From IMG/VR virus record IMGVR_UViG_3300037449_000060, positions 1-26,744 of that record: 26,744 nt of DNA, one strand, 5' to 3'. This DNA is from a virus (taxonomy: Duplodnaviria > Caudoviricetes). This document shows positions 26,281 to 26,744 of the stretch, piece by piece (position 1 is the first letter of the stretch; each line of letters opens with the position of its first letter). Position numbers and translations under genes: made by a program. The notes under the pieces are model-generated. The model saw only the letters and a list, made by a program, of their open reading frames with translations, did no database searches and was not told the DNA's origin.

Positions 26281-26744
26281 ATGATAATTAAGTGTAATAA
26301 ATGCGACTTATGCCTTACTAGAAAGAATATAGTTAATGGTCATGGTAATATAGGAGCTGAACTTATGTTTATAGGTGAAGCACCAGGATATACAGAAGAT
26401 AAATATGGTACTCCCTTTACTGGTAAGGCAGGTGCATTATTAACTAAATATTTAGAGCTGTTCAATTTTCATAGAATAACTAATATTTATATAACTAATA
26501 TTATAAAATGTAGACCTCCTAGTAATAGGAAGCCTACAAATATTGAAATATCTAATTGCAGACCTTATTTAATAAATGAAATTAATACAGTTAATCCTAA
26601 AATAATAGTTTTATTAGGTAATACAGCTATTGAAACATTATTAGGAGTTACAGGTATTAGTAAAATAAGAGGCAAATGGATTCATACTAATAGTAGATGG
26701 ATAATGCCTATGTTTCATCCAAGTTATTTATTAGATGATAGTAG
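26281..26744 (+). CDS. Uracil-DNA glycosylase family 4 (Fe-S), 3' end cut off by the window
   Basis: CNKCDL, FIGEAPG..ED..G.PFTG.AG, YITNIIKCRPP.NRKP...EI.NC, PKIIVLLG and FHPSY are the canonical family-4 UDG motifs. Confidence 0.93.
   Translation, partial: MIIKCNKCDLCLTRKNIVNGHGNIGAELMFIGEAPGYTEDKYGTPFTGKAGALLTKYLELFNFHRITNIYITNIIKCRPPSNRKPTNIEISNCRPYLINEINTVNPKIIVLLGNTAIETLLGVTGISKIRGKWIHTNSRWIMPMFHPSYLLDDS

Noticed and set aside
1-26744. Stop-codon reassignment (TAG to Gln or TGA to Trp), known in some crAss-like phages
   Set aside because: Terminase, portal, MCP and helicase are full length in the standard code, and TGA and TAG end genes at tight junctions. There is no sign of fragmentation in this window.
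24431-26744. Helicase plus family-4 UDG as a novel system
   Set aside because: Both are ordinary components of phage replication modules.

Overview
This is a very AT-rich fragment of a crAss-like (Crassvirales) phage genome. The host is probably a Bacteroidota, judging from TAnnTTTG promoter boxes and AT-rich translation starts. The left arm (1-16907, minus strand) is the virion/packaging block. In order of transcription it holds a GroES-like protein, an HU/IHF-like protein, a Zn-finger protein, an HExxE protein, a PD-(D/E)XK nuclease, a lipoprotein, the large terminase, portal, a scaffold-like protein, the major capsid protein and downstream structural genes. A non-coding divergence region of about 1.1 kb (16908-18001) separates it from the right arm. 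The right arm (plus strand) has many small early-type ORFs separated by strongly base-paired spacers, followed by a Dda/RecD-like helicase and a family-4 uracil-DNA glycosylase that runs off the window. The best new observation is a three-part promoter architecture shared by three leftward promoters (5607-5673, 15010-15077, 17158-17224). Each has two DnaA-box-like TGTTWRTAA boxes at a 12-bp period, then TGTY, then a TAnnTTTG box at a fixed 38-39 bp from the proximal box, which suggests an activator-dependent late promoter class. All calls come from reading the sequence by eye; no database searches were run.
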